DNA of 63,744 nt, filler included, from Octopus bimaculoides (taxonomy: Eukaryota): NCBI RefSeq assembly GCF_001194135.2. It is 6 parts of 6 records of this genome, joined end to end, with 100 filler letters (N's around TTAATTAATTAA, not from the genome) between each part and the next. Parts side by side here need not be neighbours in the genome. Positions count along the whole stretch, not along the records: positions 1 to 20,291 come from NC_068982.1; 5 more parts are not named here. The stretch is one strand, 5' to 3'. Position numbers and translations under genes: made by a program. How positions within the stretch are numbered: the stretch's first letter is position 1; every line of letters begins with the position of its first letter. The notes under the pieces were generated by a model, which saw nothing but the letters and a program-made list of their open reading frames with translations, was not told where the DNA came from and searched no databases. Shown here piece after piece: positions 1 to 11,095 of this stretch.

Positions 1-55
1 TGGAGGAATGTAGTGGCGGACAAAAAACAAGACAGGAAAACAAACAGAAATGTGT

Positions 56-327
56 ATCCTTAACGTAGTTCTCGGGGATATTCAGCGTGACACAGAGTGA
101 CAAGGCTGACCTTTTGAATTACAGGCACAACAGAAACAGGAAGTAAGAGTGAGAGAAAGTGGTAGTGAAAGAGTACAGCAGGGTTCGCCACCATCACCTG
201 CCGGAGCCTCGTGGAGCTTAAGGTGTTTTCGCTCAATAAACACTCACAACGCCCGGTCTGGGAATCGAAACCGCGATCCTATGACCGCGAGTCCGCTGCC
301 CTAACCACTGGGCCATTGCACCTCCAC
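56..327 (-). mobile_element. tRNA-derived SINE, family C (3'-truncated)
   Basis: Minus strand starts GTGGAGGTGCAATGGCCCAGTGGTTAGGG (A box) ... GGTTTCGATTCC (B box); body colinear with the copy at 25752-26117. Confidence 0.9.
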
Positions 328-2492
328 ATATATGTATATATATAATACAGAATGGGACAAGAACACAAAACCTCCAGACAGTTAGGTGATACAAGAAAGC
401 AGGAAAGAAAAGGAGCTACATTAGGTTGTACAGAGAGCGTTTAAGAGGAAGAATAGACTGAAGCAAAGAGAAATCAAGTACTGGAAAGAGTGGGGGAGGG
501 AGTAGAGAGAAATAAAGTGGGGCAAAGAAACAGATGACGATGGAGGGGTTTAGGGATAATTCCTCTCACCTGACGAATATTGGAAGCTTGAAGTAGTGGT
601 GATATTGTGGCAGTTATCAGGGTCAAAATGTGCTGTTTGTTAGAAAAGGATATGGTTGTGTATTTCAGTAATTATGGGCAGGCGTTTATCTAATACAGAA
701 AATAGATTGCGCTACGCGTTAAGATGCGAACTAATTCGATTAATTTCATTAAAAACTGCCAGAAGCGTATAGTTGGAGTCAATACATGAACACGCCCGTT
801 GACTTTACAAAGTTTGCGAAGTAAAAGTTTTCTTCGAATTGGTGGCTCAGATTGAGAATGCAATAAAGACAGGATCAGGATAGACTGAGTATAATTTATA
901 CCCTGAAAGAGGGAAAATATCGAATGCTTTGTTCTTGGATGCAAAATTTTCATAACAGTTTTTCCCTACTTATACATAAAAATATTGGTTTATTGGTTGG
1001 TAGAGAAAGTGCTAAAAAGTGGAGCAGTTTGTATGATTGAGGTAGGCTATTATTTTTATTTTGGTTCGAGTAAAGTCATTTACCGTCTGAACGTTGTCAA
1101 CGGATTGTTAATCGTTAACTGGCTTTGCAAAGCTTGTGAGCGAGCGATACCGGATTTCGTGTTAAACACAGTATTACGTTTTGATTTCTGGTTCATAAAA
1201 GAGTAAAAGATGCAGACAAACATTTAAGATTATACATTTGCTTCTATTTTTGTCAGGAGTAGCAGTCATCCATCTATAGCCTGTCATTGAAAGTGAACAA
1301 TAGCTTTCTTACATATTAACTGCTACATAGCGATAAGCTAGCTAAACTGACTCTACGGGGAATCCAGACCCAAAATCATATAACGTATTATACTAATCAA
1401 AAATCGATAACTTACTTTGATACTCACTAACCATTCATCAAATAAATATTTCACACATTCTACGAAAATGATAGGAAAAGATTGCTGCCCAACTGCCTCT
1501 CAGCGTACCATGCAATTGGCAAAATTGTTGGGTTTCTCTCTTGTCTGAATATTATGAAATAGCTTCTGTGCTAGTTACCAGAAATAAAACCCGTTTTTCT
1601 TTTACTAGTAATATATGCCGACTTCAATCGGTCTGACAAATGGTGAACATAATTTGGAGGAAGCGGCATCATTACATATTTATTTCACCTCGAAATATTC
1701 TCCATGTAATAGATTTTATTTTCTTATCTTACAATCATAATTTCTACTCCCAACATGTTTTCCACTATCATGCAGCTTTTCATGTGCAAACGTTCTGTAA
1801 CCAAGCATTTTGGTGAAAATACTTTCAATATTACACTAATGTATATAAAATGAACATAACATCTAATGTTTGAATACCACAGAACAGAGAACATCATACT
1901 CTTCCCTATATCAGATTTGAGTGTTCCATTTCTCATGTGCTTGGCAAATGCCGAATAGTTATGGGTGTCTTTCTTGCACAAAAATTTTATGAATTAGTGA
2001 GCAATTTCTCTTAGACATTTTTAGTAAATATAATTAAGACACATATAACAACATTGACTACTATAATGTAATTAGTAATAACAATGTTCAGTTAATATTA
2101 AACATAATTTATTTTCATAAAGAAAAATAAAAGGCAAAAATAGAAAATAACATATCAGCAACGTTAGCTGAAATATTAATATAAGATATAAAATTACGCG
2201 TACAAAAATACCGTAACTGCTAATTTTGTTGCCTGGTCATTTAGAAAGTCATTAATTCGTAACTCGCAATTTCTTTGGTTTAGCGTTAAATTCTCCCCAC
2301 CACATAGTATTCACGTTGATTTTGATAAATATTCATAGTAATTTTCTTTTTCTTTTTTTAACAGTTCTTCTAATTAAGCATTGGGATTAGTCTCGTAGCT
2401 AAATGTCTGGCAGCTAACGAGTGAATTCTTTTTGCGATGCATACATTCTTATATTATGATTTAATCACCGAAAAATCACCAAAATAGCAAAT

Positions 2493-3025
2493 AAGCTGAA
2501 ACGTGCAAAGACTAGAAACGGCTAGCATGGATGTGTAATGTCAGAGTGTACACACGACAGAGTGTAAGCGCCCTGAGAGAAATGTTGGACATAAGAAGCA
2601 TCGGATGTGGCATGCAAAGAGACGTTTGCACTAGTATGGTCGTATACTACGGATGGACGAGGAGAGATGTTTGAAGAAGTGTCACTCCCAAACAGTTGAA
2701 GGAGTCCGGGGTAGAGGTAGACTCAGGAAGCCATGGAATGAGGTGGTCAAGCATGACCTTCAAACGTTGGGACTCACAGAGGCAATGACGAAAGACCGTG
2801 ACCTCTGGAGATATGTTGTGACTGCGAAGACCCGACAAATAAAGTGAGTTCACGGCGTATCCTACACCAGCTTCACATAACCAGCCCCAACCCATTCAAG
2901 TACCTTGGATTGTAGGGCGACCTGCTGTGATTGAGGAGACCTTGAGTCAAGTACATTAACATCAAAATAAAAATCAAATGGAAATTGTAGTGTGATACCC
3001 GTGCCGGTGGCACATAAAAAGCACA
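2493..3025 (+). mobile_element. RTE-clade LINE, 5'-truncated 3' end (degenerate ORF C-terminus plus 3' UTR)
   Basis: Frameshifted translation WMCNVRV...RRLH*YGRILRMDEERCLKK...GVRGRGRLRKPWNEVVKHDLQTLGLTEAMTKDRDLWR fits the RTE C-terminal pattern RLRWxGHxxRM / RGRPxxxW / DRxxWR. Confidence 0.9.
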
Positions 3026-3029
3026 AACA

Positions 3030-3232
3030 CCGGCCGTCAAGCAGTGGTGGGAAACAGACATAAACACACACACACACACACAAACACACGCACGTATATA
3101 ATATACAACAAGCTTCTTTCAGTTTCCCACATCTAAATCCACTCACAAAGCTTTGCTCGACCCGAGTTAATAATAGAAGACACTTGCTCAAGGTGCCACG
3201 CAGTTAAACTGAACCCGAAACCATGTGGTTGG
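3030..3232 (-). mobile_element. SINE family A (tRNA head plus CORE-like domain), 5' half
   Basis: Reverse complement GGCGTGGCTGCG...GGGTTCAGT...GGCACCTTGAGCAAGTGTCTTCTA...GTGAGTGGATTT matches the copy at 7946-8338. Confidence 0.9.
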
Positions 3233-3399
3233 GAAGTAAGTTTCTTATTACGCAGCCACGCCTGCTCCTATATATATATATATTTATTTATTCAGTTGAA
3301 TATGGTACTTAATTTGAGGCACCAGAATTTAGTACGGTATTTACCATACTATTTCACCTTACTTTGAAATTGTATATATATATATATATATATATGCAC

Positions 3400-3522
3400 A
3401 CATATGCATATACACCCACGACGGCCTTCGTTCAGTTTCCTCAAATTCACACACAAAGCACAAGGCATTGGTCAGCCCAACACTATAGTAGATGATACTT
3501 ACTCAAAGTTCCACACTGGTTA
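3400..3522 (-). mobile_element. SINE family A fragment
   Basis: TTCAGTTTCC...CACAAGGCATTGGTCAGCCC...CTATAGTAGA matches the family A core. Confidence 0.75.
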
Positions 3523-3839
3523 AGCCTCTATCAAGGCTGACATAACAGACATGACTTGTATTATTGTACAATGCTATTTTAGACACGGAAAGAAAAGAAA
3601 CGTATTAGATTATGTGGAAACTAGTCCGATTAATCATTTGGATAGAGTTCACAAACTTAAATAAGTTTGTGTGTCTTGAGAAATGTGAATTCTAAAGTCT
3701 CATGTTTTGAGAGAATTCACACAGGGAAGACACAGAAAAAGAAGTTTAATCAAGATCGATAATCACCATATTATTTAACCAACGGTATCTAAGAAAACCG
3801 ATATCGTATGTCTCACTGGTATCTATTTATTGATTTTTT

Positions 3840-4030
3840 TTATTTATCTTTTACTTGTTTCAGTCGTTGGACTGCGGCCATGCTGGAACACCACCTTGAA
3901 TAGTTTAGTCGAGTTTGCTACTTATTCTATCAGATTCTTATTACCCAACCGCTAAGTTATGAGGATATAAACGAACCATCATCAGTTGTCAAGCATTGAT
4001 GGGAGACAAACACAAAGACACACACACACA
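3840..4030 (-). mobile_element. SINE family A, 3' half
   Basis: TTTTACTTGTTTCAGTC...GACTGCGGCCATGCTGGA tail and ACCGCTAAGTTA motif; possibly the same copy as 4480-4652 split by an insertion in its microsatellite. Confidence 0.85.
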
Positions 4031-4479
4031 ATGTAAGTTAGTTGGGGTAAACCCCAGCTGTTTCCTCTTGAAGCATATCTGCTTATTCCAATATTACAAT
4101 CAATATATCTATATACCTCCATAGTAAGTCAAAATACCTATTAAAATTGAGAATTATGGAAAAACTATTTGCAGAGTTGATTCATAATAGAATAGGAAAA
4201 TGGAAATCTTTTGGTATTATTTATTCTCCATTACACGTGTTTCATTTGCTAATAGGAATCACAAAGATTTATATGTTAGATAGACATGTAAAGACTTTCA
4301 CATTAAAAACACTTCAACTGAAAAACAATTATAATAAATAATATTAAAAAATATTCATTTTTATATATATATATATATATATCAAAAATTAAACCGAGGC
4401 TCGACGAAGGAACAATTCACACACAAGACACAGGCACGCTGTTCCCTTGGCTTACATACATACATGCATACCTATCTAT

Positions 4480-4652
4480 CTATCTATACACGATTGACCT
4501 CTTACAGTTTCCCTCTGCCAAATCCACTCACAAAACGTTGGTTGGCCCAGGGCTTATGTGGAAAATATTTACCCAAGGTGCCGCACAGTAGGACAGAACG
4601 TAAGACCGTTTGGTTGGGAAGTAAGCTTCTCACCTCACAGCCACGCTTGTCT
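4480..4652 (-). mobile_element. SINE family A, 5' half
   Basis: CAAATCCACTCACAA...CCCAAGGTGCCGCACAGT...CACAGCCACGC. Confidence 0.85.
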
Positions 4653-4939
4653 ACTTATTTAGTTATTCTAATTAAAGACAAGCTGACAGATTAGTTGTCC
4701 AGTTAGAGGTTCAAAATCCGAGCTTCGTCTATACTTGCTGACATTACGATGTTTCTGGGCCGAACAGTGAAAATGTAAAAACATATAATGATGGTGTAGC
4801 ACTTTGTGTTTGAGCATCTTTTACACACGTTTTTGAGATAAATAGATAGAAAGAAACCGAAAGATTGATAGAGAGAGTGTGAGAAAAAAGAGGGAGATAG
4901 AGAAAAAGATTGTGCAAATGAAAGTGCAAGGGTGAGGAA

Positions 4940-5060
4940 GGAAAAAAGAGCTAGAAAGAGAGAGAGAGAGAGAGATCCACAGATAAATAGATAGATACAT
5001 CGATAGACAGATAGATAAATAGACGGGAGATAGAGAGAGAAAATGAGAGAGAGAGAGAGA
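4940..5060. repeat. (GA)n/(GATA)n microsatellite
   Basis: Directly visible. Confidence 0.9.
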
Positions 5061-5847
5061 TCCTAGATACCCATGTTCATGTTTTTTGTTTGTTTGTTGT
5101 TGAGCATGAAATCATCTCTTGACAAACCTGCACAGTACTGCAATTCATTTAAGTAGACACTAATTAGTTACAACCAGTTTGGATGTAGTACTAAATTTTT
5201 CGTTTGCTTGACCTATAATTCAATTAAGCTAAGTTATAATCAAAACAGCAAATAAATAATTTATATGAAAGATTTGCAGATACATCAACAAGTCTCTATA
5301 GAATTGTATCATGTTAGGCAAAACAGCTGGTTACAAAACTCAGAGAGTAGCTTCCCAGTATATCCACATATCTTTCTATAAAAATCTATTTATTAAGATA
5401 TTTATATGTTCCAGCTAATCGTCCACAAAATATAAGCTTTTTTTTTTTAATCGAATGATAACAATACAACGGGTAAATTTTGGACTAATTCCTAGAATAG
5501 AGATGTGTAGTGGGAATATTCAGCGATCGCCCGATGTCGCGATTCGCTGGAATAATACGGATCAACAAAATTTTATCAATCACGCCGTCGTGTGAAAAGA
5601 ATGTTACCCACGTGATCAGCAAAATCTAGCCAATCACAACTTCGCGTGGAATAAGCTCAAGGGACAATTTTAACTTTTGGCACACTCCTTTCTGAGCCTA
5701 TCAATCAATATAAAATCGACACATCTCGACTACCAGACAGAGTATGGGAAACAGCAGAATCGACACGGGAGACGGACGGCGTAGAGACGCGGGCAGCTGT
5801 TGAACCAACATAATGAACTACCGGCGACAGCAACACAAAGACTGGCA

Positions 5848-6035
5848 AAGGCGGCGAGTTGGCGACATGCTTAGCGGTATTTCGTCTCTCTTTATGTTCT
5901 GAGTTCAAATCTCGCCGAGGTTAACTTTGCATTTCATCCTTTCGGGGGTCGATAAATTAAGTACCAGTTGCGTACTGGAGTCAATCTAATCGACTGACCC
6001 TCTCCCCCAAAATTTCGGGCCTTGTGCCTAGAGTA
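5848..6035 (+). mobile_element. SINE family B (tRNA-like head, central GCCTTTCATCCTTTCGGGGTCGATAAA domain), short-tail type
   Basis: GGCGGCGAGTTGGC...GTTCTGAGTTCAAAT...TTTCATCCTTTCGGGGGTCGATAAATTAAGTACCAG, ending in an A-run. Confidence 0.9.
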
Positions 6036-7089
6036 GGGAAAAAAAAAAAAAAAAAAAACACAAAAAAAAACCAACAAAGTCTGGCAGCTAACTTTTTGAA
6101 TAATATTACAATTATTCCAAGAACAATAACATCCAAACTCTCTCAACGTTTGTCGTACGTAGTAACAACAGTATTTGTCTTTTTCTTCTGTACGAAAAGA
6201 ATGAAAGTTTGTTTGTACAAGATTTTAACAGATCTTCTATGTACAACTGTTGACCTCCGACGCTAGAAATAACAGTCAGATCTCATTGTCTAATGTCACT
6301 CTAATTTAGGGGACCTAAAGTTTAAAGCCTTCATCGAAATTCCAATCACACTTTGTTAGATAGTGTGGTAATCTCAGAGTTCATTGGAATAAATTCAAAA
6401 TAGGGTTTACTCGCTGTGAATATCTATAAAATTGGTATATTATCAATGATAGTCTATATTAAGTTACATAAATGATGTATAGTGTTCGAAAAGTAATTAA
6501 ATAATCTATGTTTATTAGCGATAAAGTATGATATACGAGTGTTTCAAATATTAACATTGGTCGTTCTTAGAAAACAAATGAATATGATTTACCTTAAGTA
6601 GAGTCGAAAATATATAATATTGACAACAATACAATGAATATTCCAAACAAAAAAAGTTATCTCTATTTTCTAACAATGCCAAATATTTATTAACTGAAAC
6701 ATTACATCGTACTTTATTGCTGATAAAAATTGATAATTGATTTTACGAAAGGAAAATAAGGTCAGATAGGTTACAAAGCAAAGATCCACTTTTAAAGTTA
6801 CTCTCCTAAATTTTGAGATTGCTAAGTAAGTTAATCAGTAAGTTCTCTATTTTTTTTTTAAATATAATTTTTATAAGGGTAACTATCGATGGGTTAGTGC
6901 CGATTCACTTGGGTCCAAATGTCTCAGTTGCTCAATATCTGCATATCTAAATTTAAGGATATTTCTGAAGTATTTATTTGTGAATGTTTGGAACTTTCTG
7001 ATGACGTGTACAAGTATTCACTATAACTTGATGCCATGGAAAACCATAACATTAATATTGGTTTCATATTTTGGTATAATGCCAACAAT

Positions 7090-7277
7090 TCTTGTGGTGG
7101 AGATAAATCGATTACATGGATCCCAGTGTTCAACTGGTACTTATTTAATCGACCCCGAAGAGATAAAAGGAAGGTTAAGTTGATCTCAGCGAAATTTGAA
7201 TTCAGAACATGAAGACGGACGAAATGTCACTAAGCATTTTGCCTGGCGTGCTAACAATTCTGCCAGCTCGCCGCCTT
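7090..7277 (-). mobile_element. SINE family B
   Basis: ...ATCGACCCCGAAGAG...CTGCCAGCTCGCCGCC is the reverse complement of the B head and core. Confidence 0.9.
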
Positions 7278-7299
7278 AACATTAATATTAGGACGACAA

Positions 7300-7465
7300 C
7301 GAATTCCACCGTCTTCATGTTCTGAGTTCAAATTCCTCCGAGGTCGACTTTGCCTTTCATCCTTTCGGGGTCGATAAAATAAGTACCAGTTGAACACTGG
7401 GGGTCAAGGTAATAGACTTATCCCTTCAACAAAATTGCTGGTCTTGTGCCAAAATGTGAAACCAC
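7300..7465 (+). mobile_element. SINE family B, 5'-truncated, head-to-head with the previous copy
   Basis: GTTCTGAGTTCAAATTCCTCCGAGGTCGACTTTGCCTTTCATCCTTTCGGGGTCGATAAAATAAGTACCAG. Confidence 0.9.
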
Positions 7466-7945
7466 TATTTATCCCCATTTAAATGTGGATGACCTGTTAC
7501 AACAGACTATAGTGTTGCATTTGATGCAGAATGCACTCGTTCATGTCGCTGGCGGGGAGATAAATCACTGCCGTTTTCTGCGCTGAGACCGCCAGATCAC
7601 GTAATTTCGATCTTCGACCGATGATGATCTCTCGACCGACAGAGATAGCAGCGACGTATCTCGAATGTTTTTGAGATTCACGCCTTTTACTCCCTAGTTA
7701 AGCAGTTTAGCACCTAAATCATCGAAGACAGTTGTTAACAGCTGAAGTATTCCCATGCTCTACATCTCGTCATCATCCAGACCAGGACAGAGCGCCGGTG
7801 GCATTTCAAGCAGGACATGTCTCAGCCCACACCAAGCAAATCAAGGAAGAAACTTTCAACCATTTCGGCGTACTCTCATCTTCATAATCACTAAAGGCTG
7901 AGCAAATACGTTCAAGTTGATCCCTGCATTCTAGTCTCGTTACAA

Positions 7946-8338
7946 GTGAAGTATGATTACGTGGCTGTGCGGTAAAAAGCTTGTTTCTTTATCACATGGT
8001 TCCAGGTTCAGTCCCACTGTATGGGATCTTGTACAAATGTCTTCTGCCATAGCCTCAGCGCAACCGAAGACTTGTGAGTGGATTTGGTCGATGGAAACTG
8101 AAAGAAACCCGTCGTGTGTGTGTGTGTATTTGTGTGAGTTTGACCCCCGCTACCGCTTGACAACCGGTGTTGGTGCGTTTACGTCCCTGTAACTTAGTGG
8201 TTCGGCAAAAGAAAACCGATAAAATAAGTACTAAGCTTGGAAAAATAAGTCCTGAGGTCGATTTGTTCAACTAAAAACCCTTCAAGGCAGTGCTCTAGCA
8301 TGGCTGCAGTCTAATGACTGAAACAAATAAAAGATAAA
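7946..8338 (+). mobile_element. SINE family A, near full length
   Basis: Head CGTGGCTGTGCGGTAA...AGGTTCAGTCCCACTG, CORE-like block, internal (TG)n, tail GCATGGCTGCAGTCTAATGACTGAAACAAATAAAAGA. Confidence 0.92.
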
Positions 8339-8778
8339 TGATTCAATAGAATCTGATGTTAAACGTTCGCGTATTTACAATTTGTCGTACCCAGCCAGCC
8401 TTATATATAACCCATAACGGTTAATACAGCAACATCAATTTGACGTTACCGCACCTCACCCAACAACGACAGTATCGTAATTATCATAATTTGACGTCCG
8501 TTCGTTTCATTCATGTGATCTAGTCAGGAACCTACATATTTTCAAACACCTCGAAACGAAGTTTAAAATCTCCCTTTAAGCTCACGGAACGATGTTTATA
8601 GCTGAGTAGGCTGCTATCTGAAATATTTCCATTTACTTTGTGCTCTGGTCTTGACGAATGCTTAAAATTTCCGGGACATAAAATAAACTTTAGGTTAATG
8701 TTGACATTATTACCCGGAAACGAAATAGAAAAACAAATATAGTGCAACGGGTGTAAAAGAAGGTGTCGGAAATGAATA

Positions 8779-9240
8779 TGAAAACAAAAACGCCCGGAAA
8801 GCAACGGGGGTGGGGAGAAGCCTTCGGAAAATTCACAAGATCCGAGGTTTTTCCCCCCTCATAACTTTTAGGAAAATGGGCTTTTTTTTTTAAATGAAAT
8901 TTTATATAGATACCTTTCAAACGATATAGATTACGATTATAAAGAAATTTGTGGGGAAAATCTTTTCTGAGGGGGTGGGGAGAGGACTTCGGAAAATTCA
9001 CGACATCCGATGTTTTTCCCTCGTAATTTTGAGGAAAATGAATATCTTTCTACTTCTCACCCACGAATCTGAAAACAAAAATGCGCGGAACGCAACGTGG
9101 AGGTAGGGTGGAGAGGACTTCGGAAAATTTACAAGATTCACAAGATCCGAGTTTTTCCCTCGTAACTTTGAGGAAAATGGATATCTCTTAATGGAATTGT
9201 ATATAAATACCTTTTAAACGGCATGCATTACAGATGCCTA
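8779..9240. repeat. Unclassified element with three degenerate internal subrepeats
   Basis: GGAGA(A/G)G(C/A)CTTCGGAAAATT..CAAGATCCGA..TTTTTCCCTCGTAACTTTGAGGAAAATG recurs at ~8806, ~8971 and ~9103. Confidence 0.75.
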
Positions 9241-9467
9241 ATGTGCCGCAGACCCTTTATTTTTCTTCGGAAAAAGTGAGGTGGGGGTAGGAAATCGGAA
9301 TTATTGGAAAATATTTTTCTTATTTTCGATGACTGAATTACGGTGACCTAATATGCTACAAAACACTTTTGGGCCGAAAACTGGGGCTGATAATTTATTT
9401 AAAATTTCGTTAAATTTTTACAAGTGCATCTTTATGAAAATTAGTGGTAACGACGCCTGGACAGGAG

Positions 9468-9545
9468 AGAGAAAGAATGATACAAGATCCTTATCAGAAC
9501 CACGTTAGAGAAAGAATGATACAAAATCCTTATAAAAACCATGTT
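9468..9545. repeat. 39-bp tandem duplication
   Basis: AGAGAAAGAATGATACAA(G/A)ATCCTTAT(C/A)A(G/A)AACCA(C/T)GTT twice. Confidence 0.9.
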
Positions 9546-9629
9546 AGCATCTGTGTGTATGTGTGTGAAACAAAATATTATATTAAAGCAAATTATGTTT
9601 ACATACCTCTTAAAATTCATTAGTTTCAC

Positions 9630-10205
9630 GGATCTTTTTTAAAACGGGGGCCACATTTTTCATTAATGTTTTACATAGTGTTTTTGGTACCGAAAGACTT
9701 TCAAACTTCGTATACTTATCTATTTTGTGTTATAGAACAGAAAAATATTTTTGTATTCGAATTTATTTCATGTAAAAAATTGTCTTATTTCGATAATTTC
9801 AACCAATCACTGACAAGTATTCAGTTGTTTACATTTACTCCTTTGGATGATTAAGCGATGTAAAGCGTATTTAATCTCCATACCTTCGTTTTATTTGCTT
9901 TTTTCATTTTAAATTTGCTTTAACCCTAACCCTAACCCTAGGGTTAGGGTTAGAGTTAGGATTAATTGTTTCAGAATCGTTTGTTTATGTAATCGGCACT
10001 TAATGTATATCGGCTGAATGGACGTCAGTGATTGGTTGAAATTACAGAAATACGACAATTTTAACATGGAATAATTTATGGATTTCTTTTTTTTTTTAAG
10101 AAGACTAAGAGAAAAAGATGTTTTATATGACACATTCTACCAGTGTTCCAAGTTTCAAAGTGTTTCGTTAATGAAAAATGTGGCCCCCGTTTTAAAAAAA
10201 GATCC
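9630..10205. mobile_element. MITE with long imperfect TIRs and GG...CC ends (Merlin-like)
   Basis: GGATCTTTTTTAAAACGGGGGCCACATTTTTCATTAA (9630-9666) is inverted at 10168-10205; subterminal IR 9780-9824 vs 10012-10058; flanks AGTTTCAC and GTTTTCAC form a degenerate 8-bp TSD. Confidence 0.85.
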
Positions 10206-10529
10206 GTTTTCACTTTCCTTTAGCAATTTTTCGTGCCGGAATTTTTATCGGGTAAACTAATTAATACGTTTCAATTTTGTGTGGAGAGAGGGAGACACAC
10301 ACATCTTGCATGTCATATAATTTGTGTAGCTAAACTTCTAATGACATAACAATGTCATGGGTCAAATGAACCGAGTGAGTGTGTGTGTGTGTGTGTCTGG
10401 TAGAAGTAAGGACCCGAACCCTTCAAAGAGATGTATAGCAACCAAGTTCATGAGGAAAAGCCTAATTTGTGATTTCAAAAGGATTATATTTTCTTCAAAG
10501 TTACGAGGGAAAAATTGAGATCTTGTGAA

Positions 10530-10867
10530 GCTTGTGAATTAGACTGCGGGCGGCGACGCTGGGACACCGCCTTGTAGAATTTTATTCGAACGAATCGACC
10601 TCAGGACTTATTCTATCGGTTATTTCACCGAACCGCTAAGTTATGGGGGTCGAAAACACACCAACACCGGTTCTCAATTGGTGGTGGATTCATGGAGATA
10701 AAGACATACACATACAAGTGCGTATGTGTGCGACGAGCTACTTTCAGTTTCCGTCTATCTACTCACAAAGCTTTGGTCCGCTCGAGGCTATAGTAGAAGA
10801 CAGTTACCCAAGGTGCCACACTGTGGTACTGAACCTGAGACTACATTGTTGGGAATTAAGCTTCTTA
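10530..10867 (-). mobile_element. SINE family A, interrupted in its head by a family B copy
   Basis: ACCGAACCGCTAAGTTA...CTCACAAAGCTTTGGTC...CCCAAGGTGCCACAC. Confidence 0.85.
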
Positions 10868-11095
10868 TTTCTTTATTGCCCACAAGGGGCTAAACATAGA
10901 GGGGACAAACAAGGACAGACAAAGAGATTAAGTCGATTACATCGACCCCAGTGCGTAACTGGTACTTAATTTATCGACCCCGAAAGGATGAAAGGCAAAG
11001 TCGACCTCGGCGGGATTTGAACTCAGAACGTAACGACAGATGAAATATCGCTAAGCATTTCGTCCAGCGTGCTAACGTTGCTGCCAGCTCGCGCC
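10868..11095 (-). mobile_element. SINE family B, long-tail subtype, full length
   Basis: Tail (minus strand) TTTGTCCCCTCTATGTTTAGCCCCTTGTGGGCAATAAAGAAAT; TSD CTTCTTA at 10861-10867 and 11095-11101. Confidence 0.92.

Noticed and set aside
330-1206. Penelope-like remnant (weak YVYK*GKT...R motif on minus; CTGACGA at ~570)
   Set aside because: Motifs too degenerate; no GAAA/stem II for a hammerhead; left unannotated.
1724-1981. ORF with ENMLGVEIM resembling glutamate-receptor ENMAGVF, ending at a GTAAGA donor
   Set aside because: Short chance-level match; two frames are open and no supporting exons were found.
5848-5935. tRNA genes at SINE heads
   Set aside because: A/B boxes continue into SINE bodies and are multi-copy and degenerate; no clean cloverleaf with terminator.
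9921-9960. Telomere-telomere fusion scar
   Set aside because: Polarity is (CCCTAA)n(TTAGGG)n, opposite to a fusion, and it lies inside a MITE.
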